Assembly: GCA_050287085.1 (NCBI GenBank)
Contig: JBNKBE010000013.1
Span: 64,001-128,000 of the forward strand
Reading direction: 5' to 3'
From: Polyangiaceae bacterium
GTDB taxonomy: Bacteria > Myxococcota_A > Polyangia > Polyangiales > Polyangiaceae
DNA length: 64,000 nt
Shown here piece by piece: positions 29,812 to 39,473 of the stretch (its first letter is position 1; each line of letters begins with the position of its first letter). The notes beneath the pieces are model-generated. The model saw only the letters and a list, made by a program, of their open reading frames with translations. It did no database searches and was not told where the DNA came from. The position numbers and the translations under genes are program-made.

Positions 29812-30255
29812 ATGATCGACTGGAATGAAATCACGCGCCGCGCCGAAGGGCTTAACCCGGCTCCTTCTCGCCGCGTAGAGCTGTCGCGAGCGGAATGGCA
29901 AAGCAGCCTCAGCGAAGAGGTCTTCCGGGTCACTCGTGAGGCTGGAACCGAACGCCCCTTCAGCTCAGACATGTGTGCTGTTTTCGAACCTGGACGCTAC
30001 AGCTGCGCATGCTGCAAAGAGCCACTCTTCGATGCCACCCAGAAGTTCGATTCGGGCACGGGGTGGCCGTCGTTCACGCAACCGGCTACGGACACGGCGG
30101 TGGCCTACCACCTCGACAACTCCCTAGGGCGCAGCCGGGTCGAAACAACCTGCGCCGTATGCGACGCCCACCTCGGGCACGTATTTCCGGACGGTCCGCC
30201 ACCGACGGGCCTGCGCTATTGCATCAACGCCCTGGCCTTGCTCCGACAAGGGTAG
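29812..30255 (+). CDS. msrB: Peptide-methionine (R)-S-oxide reductase
   Basis: GTERPF, two CxxC Zn pairs, KFDSGTGWPSF, HLGHVFPDGP, LRYCIN. GGAGA RBS. Confidence 0.96.
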   Translation: MIDWNEITRRAEGLNPAPSRRVELSRAEWQSSLSEEVFRVTREAGTERPFSSDMCAVFEPGRYSCACCKEPLFDATQKFDSGTGWPSFTQPATDTAVAYHLDNSLGRSRVETTCAVCDAHLGHVFPDGPPPTGLRYCINALALLRQG

Positions 30256-30399
30256 CACTCTCGGCGGCTTCCGTCGGCCGGTTGACACCGAATTGCCCCC
30301 CCCCCGCCACAACGCGCAGAGGGACGTGCCAACGGCATTTGAGAGCCGACAACGCCCGAGAAACTCGCCCCACACGGCACGAGGCATCACAATAGGGGT

Positions 30400-33300
30400 A
30401 TGCTGCATCGCGACTCCCTCATAGCCCAGGCCCGCTCGCAGCTCGCTGCGGTCCAAGGCAAGGCGCTCACGCTCGAGGAACTTGCGGACCACGCGTCCTC
30501 CCTCGCCGTCACAGTCCACGCGCTCTGCGAGCAGGAAACGCGACCTCGCGACCGCGAACAGGCGGAAGTTCTGGCCCGCATGATGAACGACGCGCGCGGC
30601 CAAGTATTTACGACCCTCCTGACGGACCGCGCCTACCGCTCTCAGTCCCGAAAGCGCACCGTAGAACAAGCCCGGTATCTGCTATCCCGCGTGGGGGTTC
30701 CAGACTACGTCGGCGCGCTCGACAGGGTCGGACTCAGTGCCCTGCGCAGTGTCGGCGATTGGCTACCAACGCTGACAGGTACGGCTATGCTGAATCGCAT
30801 TCGGCACGAGAGCAGCGCCTTCATCCTACCCGATGGGCCGCAGCTAGACGACTTCCTGCGCAAGTGCCGTGAACGTGGTATCGACGTCAACGTCAATCAC
30901 CTTGGCGAAGAAGTCTTGGGCGAGGAGGAAGCGGAAAGCCGTGTGCAGGGCTACGTGGCGCTCGCCACTCGTCCCAACATAGAAACGCTGAGCATCAAGA
31001 TATCGTCGATCGCAAGTCAACTCAGCCCCCTCGCTTTCGATGCAACGCTGAGCGTTCTGAAGAGCCGACTGCATCGCATCTTCGCTGCGGCGGTCGCACA
31101 CCCGACGGCGGACGGGCGCGGAAAGAGGATCGTGCTCGACATGGAGGCCTACCGTGATCTCGAGCTGACGACCGAGGCGTTTCAACAGACCCTCGATCAT
31201 CCGAAACTCAGAACTGCGCGAGTCGGGATAGCGCTACAAACCTATTTGCCCGCAGCTCTGAACTACGCCCAGAAGCTACGTCAGTGGTCTGAAAAGCGCG
31301 TGGCGTCAGGCAGTCCCCCGATTCGGATTCGTCTTGTCAAAGGCGCCAATCTCGCGGTCGAGCGGGTGGAAGCCGCGCTGCACGGGTGGCGGGTCCCCAT
31401 CTACCCCTCAAAGGCCCAGGTAGACGCCAACTTCAAACGCGTGTTGGTCGAGCTATGCCGGCCGGAGACGGGGGACTCCGTCCACGTCGGCCTAGCCAGT
31501 CACAATCTCTTCGACGTCTGCTTCGGGCTTGTACTGCGCGCAAGTCGCAACGTCGAATCCCGCTTGTCGTTCGAACTCCTGCACGGCATGGCGGAGCCTC
31601 TACGCCGAACCCTGCAGTTGCTCGGCGCTCCGGTGCTCGTATACGCGCCGATCGTCGGAGAGCACGAGTTTCCCAGCGCAATCGCCTATCTGGTCCGGCG
31701 TTTGGACGAAAACACCGCCAGCGACAACTACCTGCGGCACAGCTTTGGAATGCGCGCCGGGAGCCAGGAGTGGGCAACGCAAGACGAGCGTTTCCGCGCA
31801 GCGTGCATCGCGGCAGGAAAGGACGACGTCTCTCCTCGCCCTCGCGGAGCCAACCGCCTGAACACGAACGCGCCTTCGAGCCCCAACCAGGACTTCCAGA
31901 ACGAGCCCGACACCGACTTTGCCCAGAAGGAAAACCGTGTCTGGATCGAACAACACCTCGCGCGAGTCCGTACCATCTCAGAGAGTCAAACGCTGACCGT
32001 TGCCTCCCGCGTCGCCGCCTCCGCGGCCTCGGTGGGCGAGCGGGAACCTGGTTTCGACCCCTCCCGCCCCAAGGTGGTGCCCTACGAAATCTGCCTCGCC
32101 CAGGGCGCCGACATCGAGCGGGCCCTGGCCTGCGCGAAACGCGCATTTTCCCACGTTCCGTCCAAGAAGGAACGGCTGGGGTGGCTTGAACGCGCCGCCA
32201 ACGCACTCGGCGCAGCCCGAGGTGAACTCATCGCCTGGATGGTCTTGGATTCCGGAAAACGCGTCGTGGAAGCCGATGCAGAAGTCTCAGAAGCAATCGA
32301 CTTCGCGAACTACTACCTCCACAGCTATCGACAGCTCAGCCTGGAGGCAGAGCTCGCAGGCCCCCCTGTTGGCGGACGCGGCCCCGTCGTTATAACGCCC
32401 CCCTGGAACTTCCCGCTCGCGATTCCGCTCGGGGGCACGTTCGCCGCGCTCGTCGCCGGCAACCCCGTGATTCTCAAACCCGCACTGGAGACACCGCTCG
32501 TCGCACAGCGTGCCTGTGAGCTACTGTGGCAGGCTGGTATTCCGGAACAATGGTTGCAGTTTGTCGTATGCCGGGACGAGACAGCCTCTCAGCTGATCAC
32601 AGACGCTCGAACGCAAACCGTGGTGTTAACCGGTGCCACGGAAACGGCGCGTCGCTTCCTGGAGATGCGACCGGGTTTGCGACTCCTGGCCGAAACCGGG
32701 GGCAAGAATGCACTCTATATCTCCGAGCTTTCGGACCACGAACAGGCTGTGGGGGACATCGTTCGTTCCGCTTTTGGCCACGCCGGACAGAAGTGCAGCG
32801 CCCTCAGTCAACTCATTGTCAATCAGGAGCTGTACGACAGTACTTCGTTTCAGAAACTGCTCAGGGATGCAACGACGAGTCTAGTGGTGGGTTCGGCTTG
32901 GAGCCTCGACTCTACGATTACCCCGTTGATTCAGCCTCCGTCAGCGCAGCAGCGTGAGGCACTTAGCGTGTTGCTACCGGGCGAAAGCTGGCTGGTGCAG
33001 CCCCGTTTCGATAGCGACAATCCGAGACTCGTCAGTCCTGGTATCAAGTGGGGTGTTGCTCCCGGTAGCAAGACCCACACAACAGAGTTCTTCTGCCCGC
33101 TGCTGGCGGTCCTTCGTGCCGACAACGTCCGCGAGGCGGTCTCGATCGCCAATGCGACCCGCTACGGTCTCACCGCTGGACTCCACAGCTTGGATGAGCG
33201 TGAACAGGAGTACTTCATCGAGCACATTGAAGCGGGCAACCTCTATGTGAATCGCCCCATCACAGGGGCGATCGTGCGCAGACAGCCCTTCGGTGGGTGG

Positions 33301-34014
33301 AAGGACTCGTCCTTCGGACCCGGGGCGAAAGCCGGAGGCCCCAACTACGTGGCTCAATTCACGACCTGGCCCGCGCTGAACTTGGCAGATGACGCGCCAT
33401 CCCCGTCGAGTCTCTCGCTCGAACGCTCCCTTCCGACCGACGTAGCGGTACGGCTAGAGCAGCTGAGAGCCTGCGTGCCGGACGCCGAAGCGGAGCGTCT
33501 CACTCAGCTTGCTGCGACGTACTTGCAGGCTCACACGCAGTGCATGGCAAGCGCGGTGGATCCAAGCACGGTGCTGGGCGAGGACAACCTATTTCACTAT
33601 CGTCCCCTTCGGGGCCTCCTGCTCATCACCCAAGACGGCACTCCCGAGCACTGGATCGCAGCGTTCGCTATCGCGGCCAGCATGGTCGAGTGCCCGCTGT
33701 CGCTGCTGCACTACGGCAACCAGCCGAGGAAAGTAGCCACCTGTTTGGGCACCAAACACGCCGTCACGGAGCAAGCTCTCCAGACCGAGCTAGCAAGCAC
33801 CCACGTCGAACGCGTCCGCTCGTTCGATACGCTGCCTGCTAGCGCTCTCTCTATTCTGGCGCAGCGCAACATCGCTTTGCTCGATGGCCCCTTACCCCCG
33901 CTAGCGCGCATGGAGCTGGCGCGCCTAATGCGGGAGCAGTCAGTGAGTGTGCGCTTTCACCGCTATGGGCACCTTGGTCTACGTTCACTACATCTGGCAA
34001 AAGACGACGCCTAG
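30400..34014 (+). CDS. putA: Bifunctional proline dehydrogenase / L-glutamate gamma-semialdehyde dehydrogenase
   Basis: PRODH motifs LDME, RLVKGAN and YLVRRLDEN. ALDH motifs PWNFP, AETGGKN, GQKCSA, EFFCP and QPFGG. No N-terminal RHH domain seen. Confidence 0.95.
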   Translation: MLHRDSLIAQARSQLAAVQGKALTLEELADHASSLAVTVHALCEQETRPRDREQAEVLARMMNDARGQVFTTLLTDRAYRSQSRKRTVEQARYLLSRVGVPDYVGALDRVGLSALRSVGDWLPTLTGTAMLNRIRHESSAFILPDGPQLDDFLRKCRERGIDVNVNHLGEEVLGEEEAESRVQGYVALATRPNIETLSIKISSIASQLSPLAFDATLSVLKSRLHRIFAAAVAHPTADGRGKRIVLDMEAYRDLELTTEAFQQTLDHPKLRTARVGIALQTYLPAALNYAQKLRQWSEKRVASGSPPIRIRLVKGANLAVERVEAALHGWRVPIYPSKAQVDANFKRVLVELCRPETGDSVHVGLASHNLFDVCFGLVLRASRNVESRLSFELLHGMAEPLRRTLQLLGAPVLVYAPIVGEHEFPSAIAYLVRRLDENTASDNYLRHSFGMRAGSQEWATQDERFRAACIAAGKDDVSPRPRGANRLNTNAPSSPNQDFQNEPDTDFAQKENRVWIEQHLARVRTISESQTLTVASRVAASAASVGEREPGFDPSRPKVVPYEICLAQGADIERALACAKRAFSHVPSKKERLGWLERAANALGAARGELIAWMVLDSGKRVVEADAEVSEAIDFANYYLHSYRQLSLEAELAGPPVGGRGPVVITPPWNFPLAIPLGGTFAALVAGNPVILKPALETPLVAQRACELLWQAGIPEQWLQFVVCRDETASQLITDARTQTVVLTGATETARRFLEMRPGLRLLAETGGKNALYISELSDHEQAVGDIVRSAFGHAGQKCSALSQLIVNQELYDSTSFQKLLRDATTSLVVGSAWSLDSTITPLIQPPSAQQREALSVLLPGESWLVQPRFDSDNPRLVSPGIKWGVAPGSKTHTTEFFCPLLAVLRADNVREAVSIANATRYGLTAGLHSLDEREQEYFIEHIEAGNLYVNRPITGAIVRRQPFGGWKDSSFGPGAKAGGPNYVAQFTTWPALNLADDAPSPSSLSLERSLPTDVAVRLEQLRACVPDAEAERLTQLAATYLQAHTQCMASAVDPSTVLGEDNLFHYRPLRGLLLITQDGTPEHWIAAFAIAASMVECPLSLLHYGNQPRKVATCLGTKHAVTEQALQTELASTHVERVRSFDTLPASALSILAQRNIALLDGPLPPLARMELARLMREQSVSVRFHRYGHLGLRSLHLAKDDA

Positions 34015-34042
34015 AAGGTCCGTCCCAGAACGCCGCGTCGCT

Positions 34043-34480
34043 TCAATCGGCTTCTCCGCGCGCGATACGCTCAAACGCTGCGGCAACCTCAGGGGACTTA
34101 TCAACGTGGTGATGAATCACCTTCCATACGCCGTCGATGCGCTCGAGCACGTTCGTGCAGCAAAGGCTGACCCCGCCAAAGGTTGGAGCACTGTGAAACA
34201 TGCAGGTGGTGTAGGCGACGTTGCCATAGACGTTCACCTCCAACGAGGTGATCTTACTGCCCCCCCGATCGGCGCGGCCGAACGAAGCAAGCAACTCCCA
34301 CGTAATTCGCACCTCGTCCCACCCTCTCGCCCAGTCTCCGCTGGGATGCCCGGTGGTCACGCGATCGGTGTGGTGCCAAGCCTCGCTGAGGGCCTCAGAG
34401 CCACCACCACACGTTGCTAATTCGATCGCGGCATATAGCCGTCGCGTCGCCGCCTCTACTTCACGCTCGTCGCTCGTCAC
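34043..34480 (-). CDS. SnoaL/NTF2-like protein (module copy 2)
   Basis: AWHHTD, FGRADR, CTNVL...GVWKVIHHH. GTG at 34480 preceded by GGAGA. Confidence 0.85.
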   Translation of the reverse strand: MTSDEREVEAATRRLYAAIELATCGGGSEALSEAWHHTDRVTTGHPSGDWARGWDEVRITWELLASFGRADRGGSKITSLEVNVYGNVAYTTCMFHSAPTFGGVSLCCTNVLERIDGVWKVIHHHVDKSPEVAAAFERIARGEAD

Positions 34481-34536
34481 GCCATTCTCCTTGGTTCTCA
34501 AACGTCGTCGCACAAATTCTCTCGTGGGGGGTGGTT

Positions 34537-34890
34537 CTACACAGCATCGATGAACTCCACCCGAGGCATAGCCTTTGCCTCTTCTGCAATGCGCAGAAGT
34601 TGGAGCTTCACCAAGTGACTTCCAACCGTTAGCGAAAGGCTCGTCTGCCCCAAAGAACGCAGCAATAGTGCGAAAGAGGCCTGCCCCTCGTCGCGCATCG
34701 GCTTCATGTCTCGCAAATCCATCCTCAAAGCCCCCTTTGGATGCGTTCTGCATGCGTCGATGACCCTGGGCCCGAACGCCGCCGCCGTTTCCCGGTCCCA
34801 AAACCCCCAGGCTTTCACCTCGACGATGGCGTGAGGCATGATCTGGACGGTAAACCCCGCCCTATCGTCACCAACACGCCCGGACGTCAC
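34537..34890 (-). CDS. STAS/SpoIIAA-like hypothetical protein (module copy 2)
   Basis: GFW, MDLRDMKPMRDEGQ, KLQLLR. GTG at 34890 chosen to match the paralog length. Confidence 0.75.
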   Translation of the reverse strand: MTSGRVGDDRAGFTVQIMPHAIVEVKAWGFWDRETAAAFGPRVIDACRTHPKGALRMDLRDMKPMRDEGQASFALLLRSLGQTSLSLTVGSHLVKLQLLRIAEEAKAMPRVEFIDAV

Positions 34891-35117
34891 AGCTTCCCCG
34901 CTCCGTTGCCCCGGCACGTCGCCGCTCGTATTGTGGTCCCAGCTCGCTTCCTCTGCGCAGTACCTCCATGAATGATCCGACGCCCCCCCATCCGTGTGAG
35001 GCGACAGCCGTCCTCCCCCCTGAACGGTACAGTATCGCAATCCATTAGCCCGCGCCAAGACAGCGACGGCCCCTGCACCGGTCGGCCCATGGTCGCAGCC
35101 CGCTGACTCCAGAACCG

Positions 35118-36338
35118 CTAGTGGGACCGCTCTTCGCCCGCTCCGAGCTCCCGATAGAAGGCCTCCAAGCGCAGGGCCGCCGCTGTCCAACTGTATTTCG
35201 CCACGGCCTGCTGTCGTGCGGCGGTCCCCAAGCGAAGCGCGAGCGCCTCATCCTCGAAGAGCCGACACACCGCACTGGCAAAAGACTCGGCGTCGTCCGC
35301 GATCAGGCCGTGTCTGCCATGCTCGAGCTCGATGCCTTCCGCCCCCAGACTTGTGGAGACGATCGCCTTGCCCTTGGCCATCGCCTCGACGATCTTTAAG
35401 CGAGTGCCGCCGCCCACGCGCAATGGAACAATGACAACCGCTGCGTCATCTATGGCGGCCTGTACGTCGTCGACGAAACCTGCCAGCTTGACCGACGCCC
35501 CCACTCGGCGTTCAACCGGCTCCTTGGCTCCAGGCCCCACGAGGACCAACTCGGCATCCGGGTGTCGGCGCAGTATGAGCGGCAGCACCTGGTCGACGAA
35601 GAACTCGATTCCGTCTTCGTTTGGGTAGTAGCCAAGCACCCCAAAGAATAGAATGCGCTTGGCGATCGGAGCCCTCTCGGCGGGACGAAATTCGTCCACA
35701 TTGGCGGCGTTCGGAACGACACAGGTGCGGGCCTCGGGGCGGTGCTCATGCAGCAAGCGCTGATCCCGTTCAGACGTCAGGACGACGCCATCAAAACGCC
35801 GCCAGGCGCCCAGCTCTTCGCGTCGCAGCTTGCGCCAGTTGACCTCATTGTATACCTTTCTCATACCACTGGCCGCCAGCGCGCTACGCCGCAGCAGGTC
35901 GTACTCGATATTGTGTTCATCCAGGACCAAGCGAGTGCCCGCCTTTCGCTTGGCGAAGTCAAACCCTGCTAGCGTGCAAAACTCCACCTGGATAACATCG
36001 AACGCCGTCTCTTCGAGCAGGGCGTCCAACTTGCTCTGGAAGTCGACGCGGCGGCGCCCCAAGTTGTGCTCGTAGCTGAAGCGAGACGCCAAGGAGCGCA
36101 ACTGGCGCTTGCGCTTGAGGCGAGCGTCCTCAGAGTCCAGATTGTCGTAGGCATACACGGCATGACAATAACTCCGCGTCATGGCCAGGGACGCCACCGC
36201 ATATTCGTCCGTTCTGTTGAACGCCAGCACCGTCACCTCATGACGCTCCGCAAGGCAACGAATGAGCCCGTCGAGCCGGCGCTGACCTCCAAAACGAGGG
36301 GGCGATGGCAAATACGGCGTGATGAAGAGGACGCGCAT
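35118..36338 (-). CDS. Glycosyltransferase family 4
   Basis: MRVLFITPYLP, DEHNIE, GGTRLKIVEAMAKG, STSLGAEGI. Confidence 0.92.
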   Translation of the reverse strand: MRVLFITPYLPSPPRFGGQRRLDGLIRCLAERHEVTVLAFNRTDEYAVASLAMTRSYCHAVYAYDNLDSEDARLKRKRQLRSLASRFSYEHNLGRRRVDFQSKLDALLEETAFDVIQVEFCTLAGFDFAKRKAGTRLVLDEHNIEYDLLRRSALAASGMRKVYNEVNWRKLRREELGAWRRFDGVVLTSERDQRLLHEHRPEARTCVVPNAANVDEFRPAERAPIAKRILFFGVLGYYPNEDGIEFFVDQVLPLILRRHPDAELVLVGPGAKEPVERRVGASVKLAGFVDDVQAAIDDAAVVIVPLRVGGGTRLKIVEAMAKGKAIVSTSLGAEGIELEHGRHGLIADDAESFASAVCRLFEDEALALRLGTAARQQAVAKYSWTAAALRLEAFYRELGAGEERSH

Positions 36339-36451
36339 CGCCGACAGGGTATCAGAAAACCTCGCGCTCGCGGCTAGCACGCACCCCGGCCACAGCCCTA
36401 CCCCGCTGAGCGTCCAGTCGGGGCCTCCAACGCCTGTGAGCCCAAGGGCGC

Positions 36452-37030
36452 TCAGGCAACACGAGGGCTTCGTCCGAGCCGCTCGCGGACCGCAAAACGC
36501 TCCCGGGCGGTCCCTATGAGCGCAGCCGCATGACTCCGGCAGGCGTCCTCCGCTCCGGGGTCCGCCTTGAGAGCATGACACAGAGCAGACGGGAGAAAGT
36601 CGTGACACCCGGCAAGGAAGGCGAAGGGCGCAACCAGCTTCCAAGCCTTCGGCTGCGCGCGCCACAGCGGATCCAAGGCGGCCCCATGGACGTAGCCGCG
36701 CGCAAAGGAACCCCAGGCTCGCGTCTCCTCGGGCTCGGGTACGATCACCTCTCGCGCCGCCAATGCTGCAACCACATCGTCGCGTTGACGAAGTAGCAGC
36801 CCAACAACCCGTCGGTCCGACCGATGGAACGAACGCGCCCGCTCCGAACGCAAGAGGAGCGGAAGCCAGAGGCCCAAACCGGGCCGGCCCGGGGCAATTG
36901 ACACCGCGTGCAACAACCCCAAGACTCCATCGTGGTCGAAGTCGGAGTGCTCGGCGAGCCAGCCGCAGACAACGTCGAGTTCGCGCGCCGTGAGCGGCCG
37001 CGACGTGGCTGCACCGAGGGCACCAGACAT
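36452..37030 (-). CDS. UPF0149/YecA-like protein
   Basis: PLTARELD...DGVLGLLHAVSIAP...WLP...FARGY pattern. No SEC-C motif. Confidence 0.6.
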   Translation of the reverse strand: MSGALGAATSRPLTARELDVVCGWLAEHSDFDHDGVLGLLHAVSIAPGRPGLGLWLPLLLRSERARSFHRSDRRVVGLLLRQRDDVVAALAAREVIVPEPEETRAWGSFARGYVHGAALDPLWRAQPKAWKLVAPFAFLAGCHDFLPSALCHALKADPGAEDACRSHAAALIGTARERFAVRERLGRSPRVA

Positions 37031-37238
37031 GCCCTCAACTATCGCCTGAAGAAGCCGACCAGTGCAACGCTCCAGACGAGCCTCCAAGCTTTGATCCGAG
37101 GTGCAGAGCGAGCTTGCTCGCTCCCCGCGGTTTCGGTTTCGGCCCGCGGGAGGGGATTCGGTTTCGGGGCGCCGGCGGTGGCATTGCCGTGCTGAGACCT
37201 GCGCCCGACAACGGGGGCCGCGGTTTCGGGATCGGCGT

Positions 37239-37709
37239 CTAGCGCGGCATTGGCATGACCTTGACCAGCTCACATGCGTCCACGCGCTGACGGTAATAAC
37301 GTCGCAGCCGGCGCTCGATGCGATAGCCGTGTCGCAGGAATAGATCCAACGCGGCCACGTTGAAGTCGGCGGTATGCGCGCTGATGCGAGAGACCCCGCG
37401 CGCCAGTGCCAGCTGCTCCCCGACGGCGAGCAACCGACGGCCGACGCCGCGCCCACGCGCCCCGGTCGAAACCCCAATAGCCAAGAGCTCCGCCCCGTGT
37501 TGTGCAGAGCAGACATCAACAATCACGAGGCCAATGGGTACCTCGCCCGCCACCGCCAAACGCGTGGGGTAGCGCTGGGCCATACGCAACGTGGAAACAC
37601 CCGCAGCTGCTGAGAACTCCGAAAACGCTTCACCCCCCAGGCGCTGCACAAATTCCGCATCGCTGGCGAGGAACGTGCGGAATCCTAGGGTCAATGGCAT
37701 GGTAGACAT
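37239..37709 (-). CDS. GNAT family N-acetyltransferase (RimI-like)
   Basis: IGV...ARGRGVGRRLL acetyl-CoA motif, NVAALDLFLRHGY, RYY...DA. Confidence 0.88.
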   Translation of the reverse strand: MSTMPLTLGFRTFLASDAEFVQRLGGEAFSEFSAAAGVSTLRMAQRYPTRLAVAGEVPIGLVIVDVCSAQHGAELLAIGVSTGARGRGVGRRLLAVGEQLALARGVSRISAHTADFNVAALDLFLRHGYRIERRLRRYYRQRVDACELVKVMPMPR

Positions 37710-38411
37710 TGACGCTTCGGTCGGTGATTGTCATCGGCGAAAGGGCAGGCCCCTTGCCGACGGTCTATGCGAACTTCCCGCCCGCGGCTTGAACTTCCCG
37801 TCCGCTGGCCCTTCGCCGTGATCTGTCGGCGGACCGCATTATGCGGCCTGCTGATAGGTGCGCTGCTCCGGGTATTGGACTGCTCGGCGTGTTGGGCTCG
37901 GGCCGAGGTCGGAGCAGCGTCACGCGGGGCCGCATGACATCGTCACCGTGGGGTCGCTGCGTTCACTCGGTCCCGGACGCTGAGCATCACGCGTCGGTGC
38001 GAACGACGCCGTAGGAAGTATCGTCGCTTGCGCGAGCGCGTCCCAATGACGCCAACGCGCAAGCCCCGGCTCCCGTTCTCTCCGATCAGCACCGCTTTGC
38101 CGTCACTCTGCCACTCGCTGCTAGTCTTGGTCCAAGGTTCATAGGACCCGCCATCCCCGTGCATCCAGGGGTAGTAGTGAGTCTGGTGGACATCGAGAAC
38201 AACGCGCGGACGGAAAGAGCCCAGCACCTCCGCCGATGGTTCCACTTCAACCGCGGCGTGCTTGGAGCCGCGGCGGCCAGACCGGGACGCTGCTTGGACA
38301 ACGCAAGGCGCCTGGTCGCCGCGCCCTTGGGCATAGCGATGGTTAGGCCGAGACCCGCGAAGGCGGCGCGAACGCGCGAGAGAATGCTCAGACCGTATAC
38401 TTCTGCCACCG

Positions 38412-38522
38412 ATGACCGGTCATAAGAGCTCGACGGCTAACATGTAACATATGAATATTACATGAACTATTTTCACAGATGCCGCCAGCATCTGTATTCT
38501 CGTGAATACGGATTGTGAATAG
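38412..38522. promoter_or_regulatory. AT-rich palindrome cluster upstream of the TIGR02147 gene (candidate promoter/operator)
   Basis: ATGACCGGTCAT, CATGTAA-N10-TTACATG, ACAGATGC-N5-GCATCTGT, GTATTC-N4-GAATAC, and three RTGAATA copies. Confidence 0.5.
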
Positions 38523-38573
38523 AACAGGAACGGAAGGGTGGCGAGAGCCTCGCGCTCATGAAACAGTCGCTGG

Positions 38574-39473
38574 GTGACAGCAACGCCACGCACGCGCTCC
38601 AAATGCCCGGTAGACGTGTTCCTATTCCAAGACTATCGGGAGTTTCTTCGGGCCTACTACAACGCCAAGAAGAGCCGGGGCTTCTCCTATCGCGCTTTCT
38701 CCCGCAAAGCGGCGCTGGGAGCTCCCAACTACCTGAAGCTCGTTATCGAAAACAAACGCAACCTGACGTCAAGTATGGCCGAACGGTTCGCCCAGGCCTG
38801 CGGACTTGGCAGCGAGGCAACACAATACTTCATGGTGTTGGTCGCCTTCAACCAAGCGACAACGGTGCCAGAGCGCACCCAGCACTACCAGAAACTCCGC
38901 AGTTTCAGGCGCTACCGCGCCGCGCAGCGCCTCGACGTCGCCGAGGCCGCTTATCACTCCACGTGGTTTCTGCCCGCGATTCGAGAGCTCGTCCTGTCGC
39001 CTCATTTTCGCGAAGACGGCGAGTGGATCGCCCGCCAGCTCACGCCTCAGATCAAGCCCCAACAAGCACGCCAAGCCATCGATGTCTTGCTATCGCTGGG
39101 CCTGCTGTATCGAACTGATGAAGGACGTTTGCAGCAACAGACCAGCGTCGTCTCTACGGGCTCCCAGACGAACGGACTCCATATTCGAGCCTACCATCAG
39201 CAGATGATGCATCGGGCGATCGAGGCGATGGAGCTTGTTCCCGCGCTCGATCGAGACATCTCGTCGCTGACCTTATGTCTGGATCGCACGGGGCTCGCTG
39301 AACTGAAAGAACGGCTACAGGCGTTCCGCCGCGAGCTCTTGGAGCTTGGCGAGACCGCTCTCGCGCCGAGCCAAGTGGTTCAGCTTAACTTCCAACTATT
39401 CCCGCTAAGCGCCGACACATCTCGCTCGGCGCGACGTGTATCTGTGCAGCAAAGTCCAAAGGAGCACTCATGA
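38574..39473 (+). CDS. TIGR02147 family protein (HTH + DUF4423)
   Basis: F.FQDYREFLRAYY...FSYRAFSRKA..GAPNYLKLVIENKRNL, STW..PAIREL, RDISSLT, QLNFQLFPLS. Confidence 0.9.
   Translation: MTATPRTRSKCPVDVFLFQDYREFLRAYYNAKKSRGFSYRAFSRKAALGAPNYLKLVIENKRNLTSSMAERFAQACGLGSEATQYFMVLVAFNQATTVPERTQHYQKLRSFRRYRAAQRLDVAEAAYHSTWFLPAIRELVLSPHFREDGEWIARQLTPQIKPQQARQAIDVLLSLGLLYRTDEGRLQQQTSVVSTGSQTNGLHIRAYHQQMMHRAIEAMELVPALDRDISSLTLCLDRTGLAELKERLQAFRRELLELGETALAPSQVVQLNFQLFPLSADTSRSARRVSVQQSPKEHS

Noticed and set aside
28211..30255. Selenocysteine recoding in selO or msrB
   Set aside because: Both have Cys at the relevant positions (TYCGT, RYCIN) and end in TAG; no in-frame TGA.
31386..32206. Overlapping 267-aa and 257-aa ORFs inside putA
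   Set aside because: Off-frame and antisense shadows of a well-supported gene.
37943..38425. ORFs of 88-107 aa on both strands
   Set aside because: Mutually overlapping, with no clear RBS or recognisable motif; not called as CDS.
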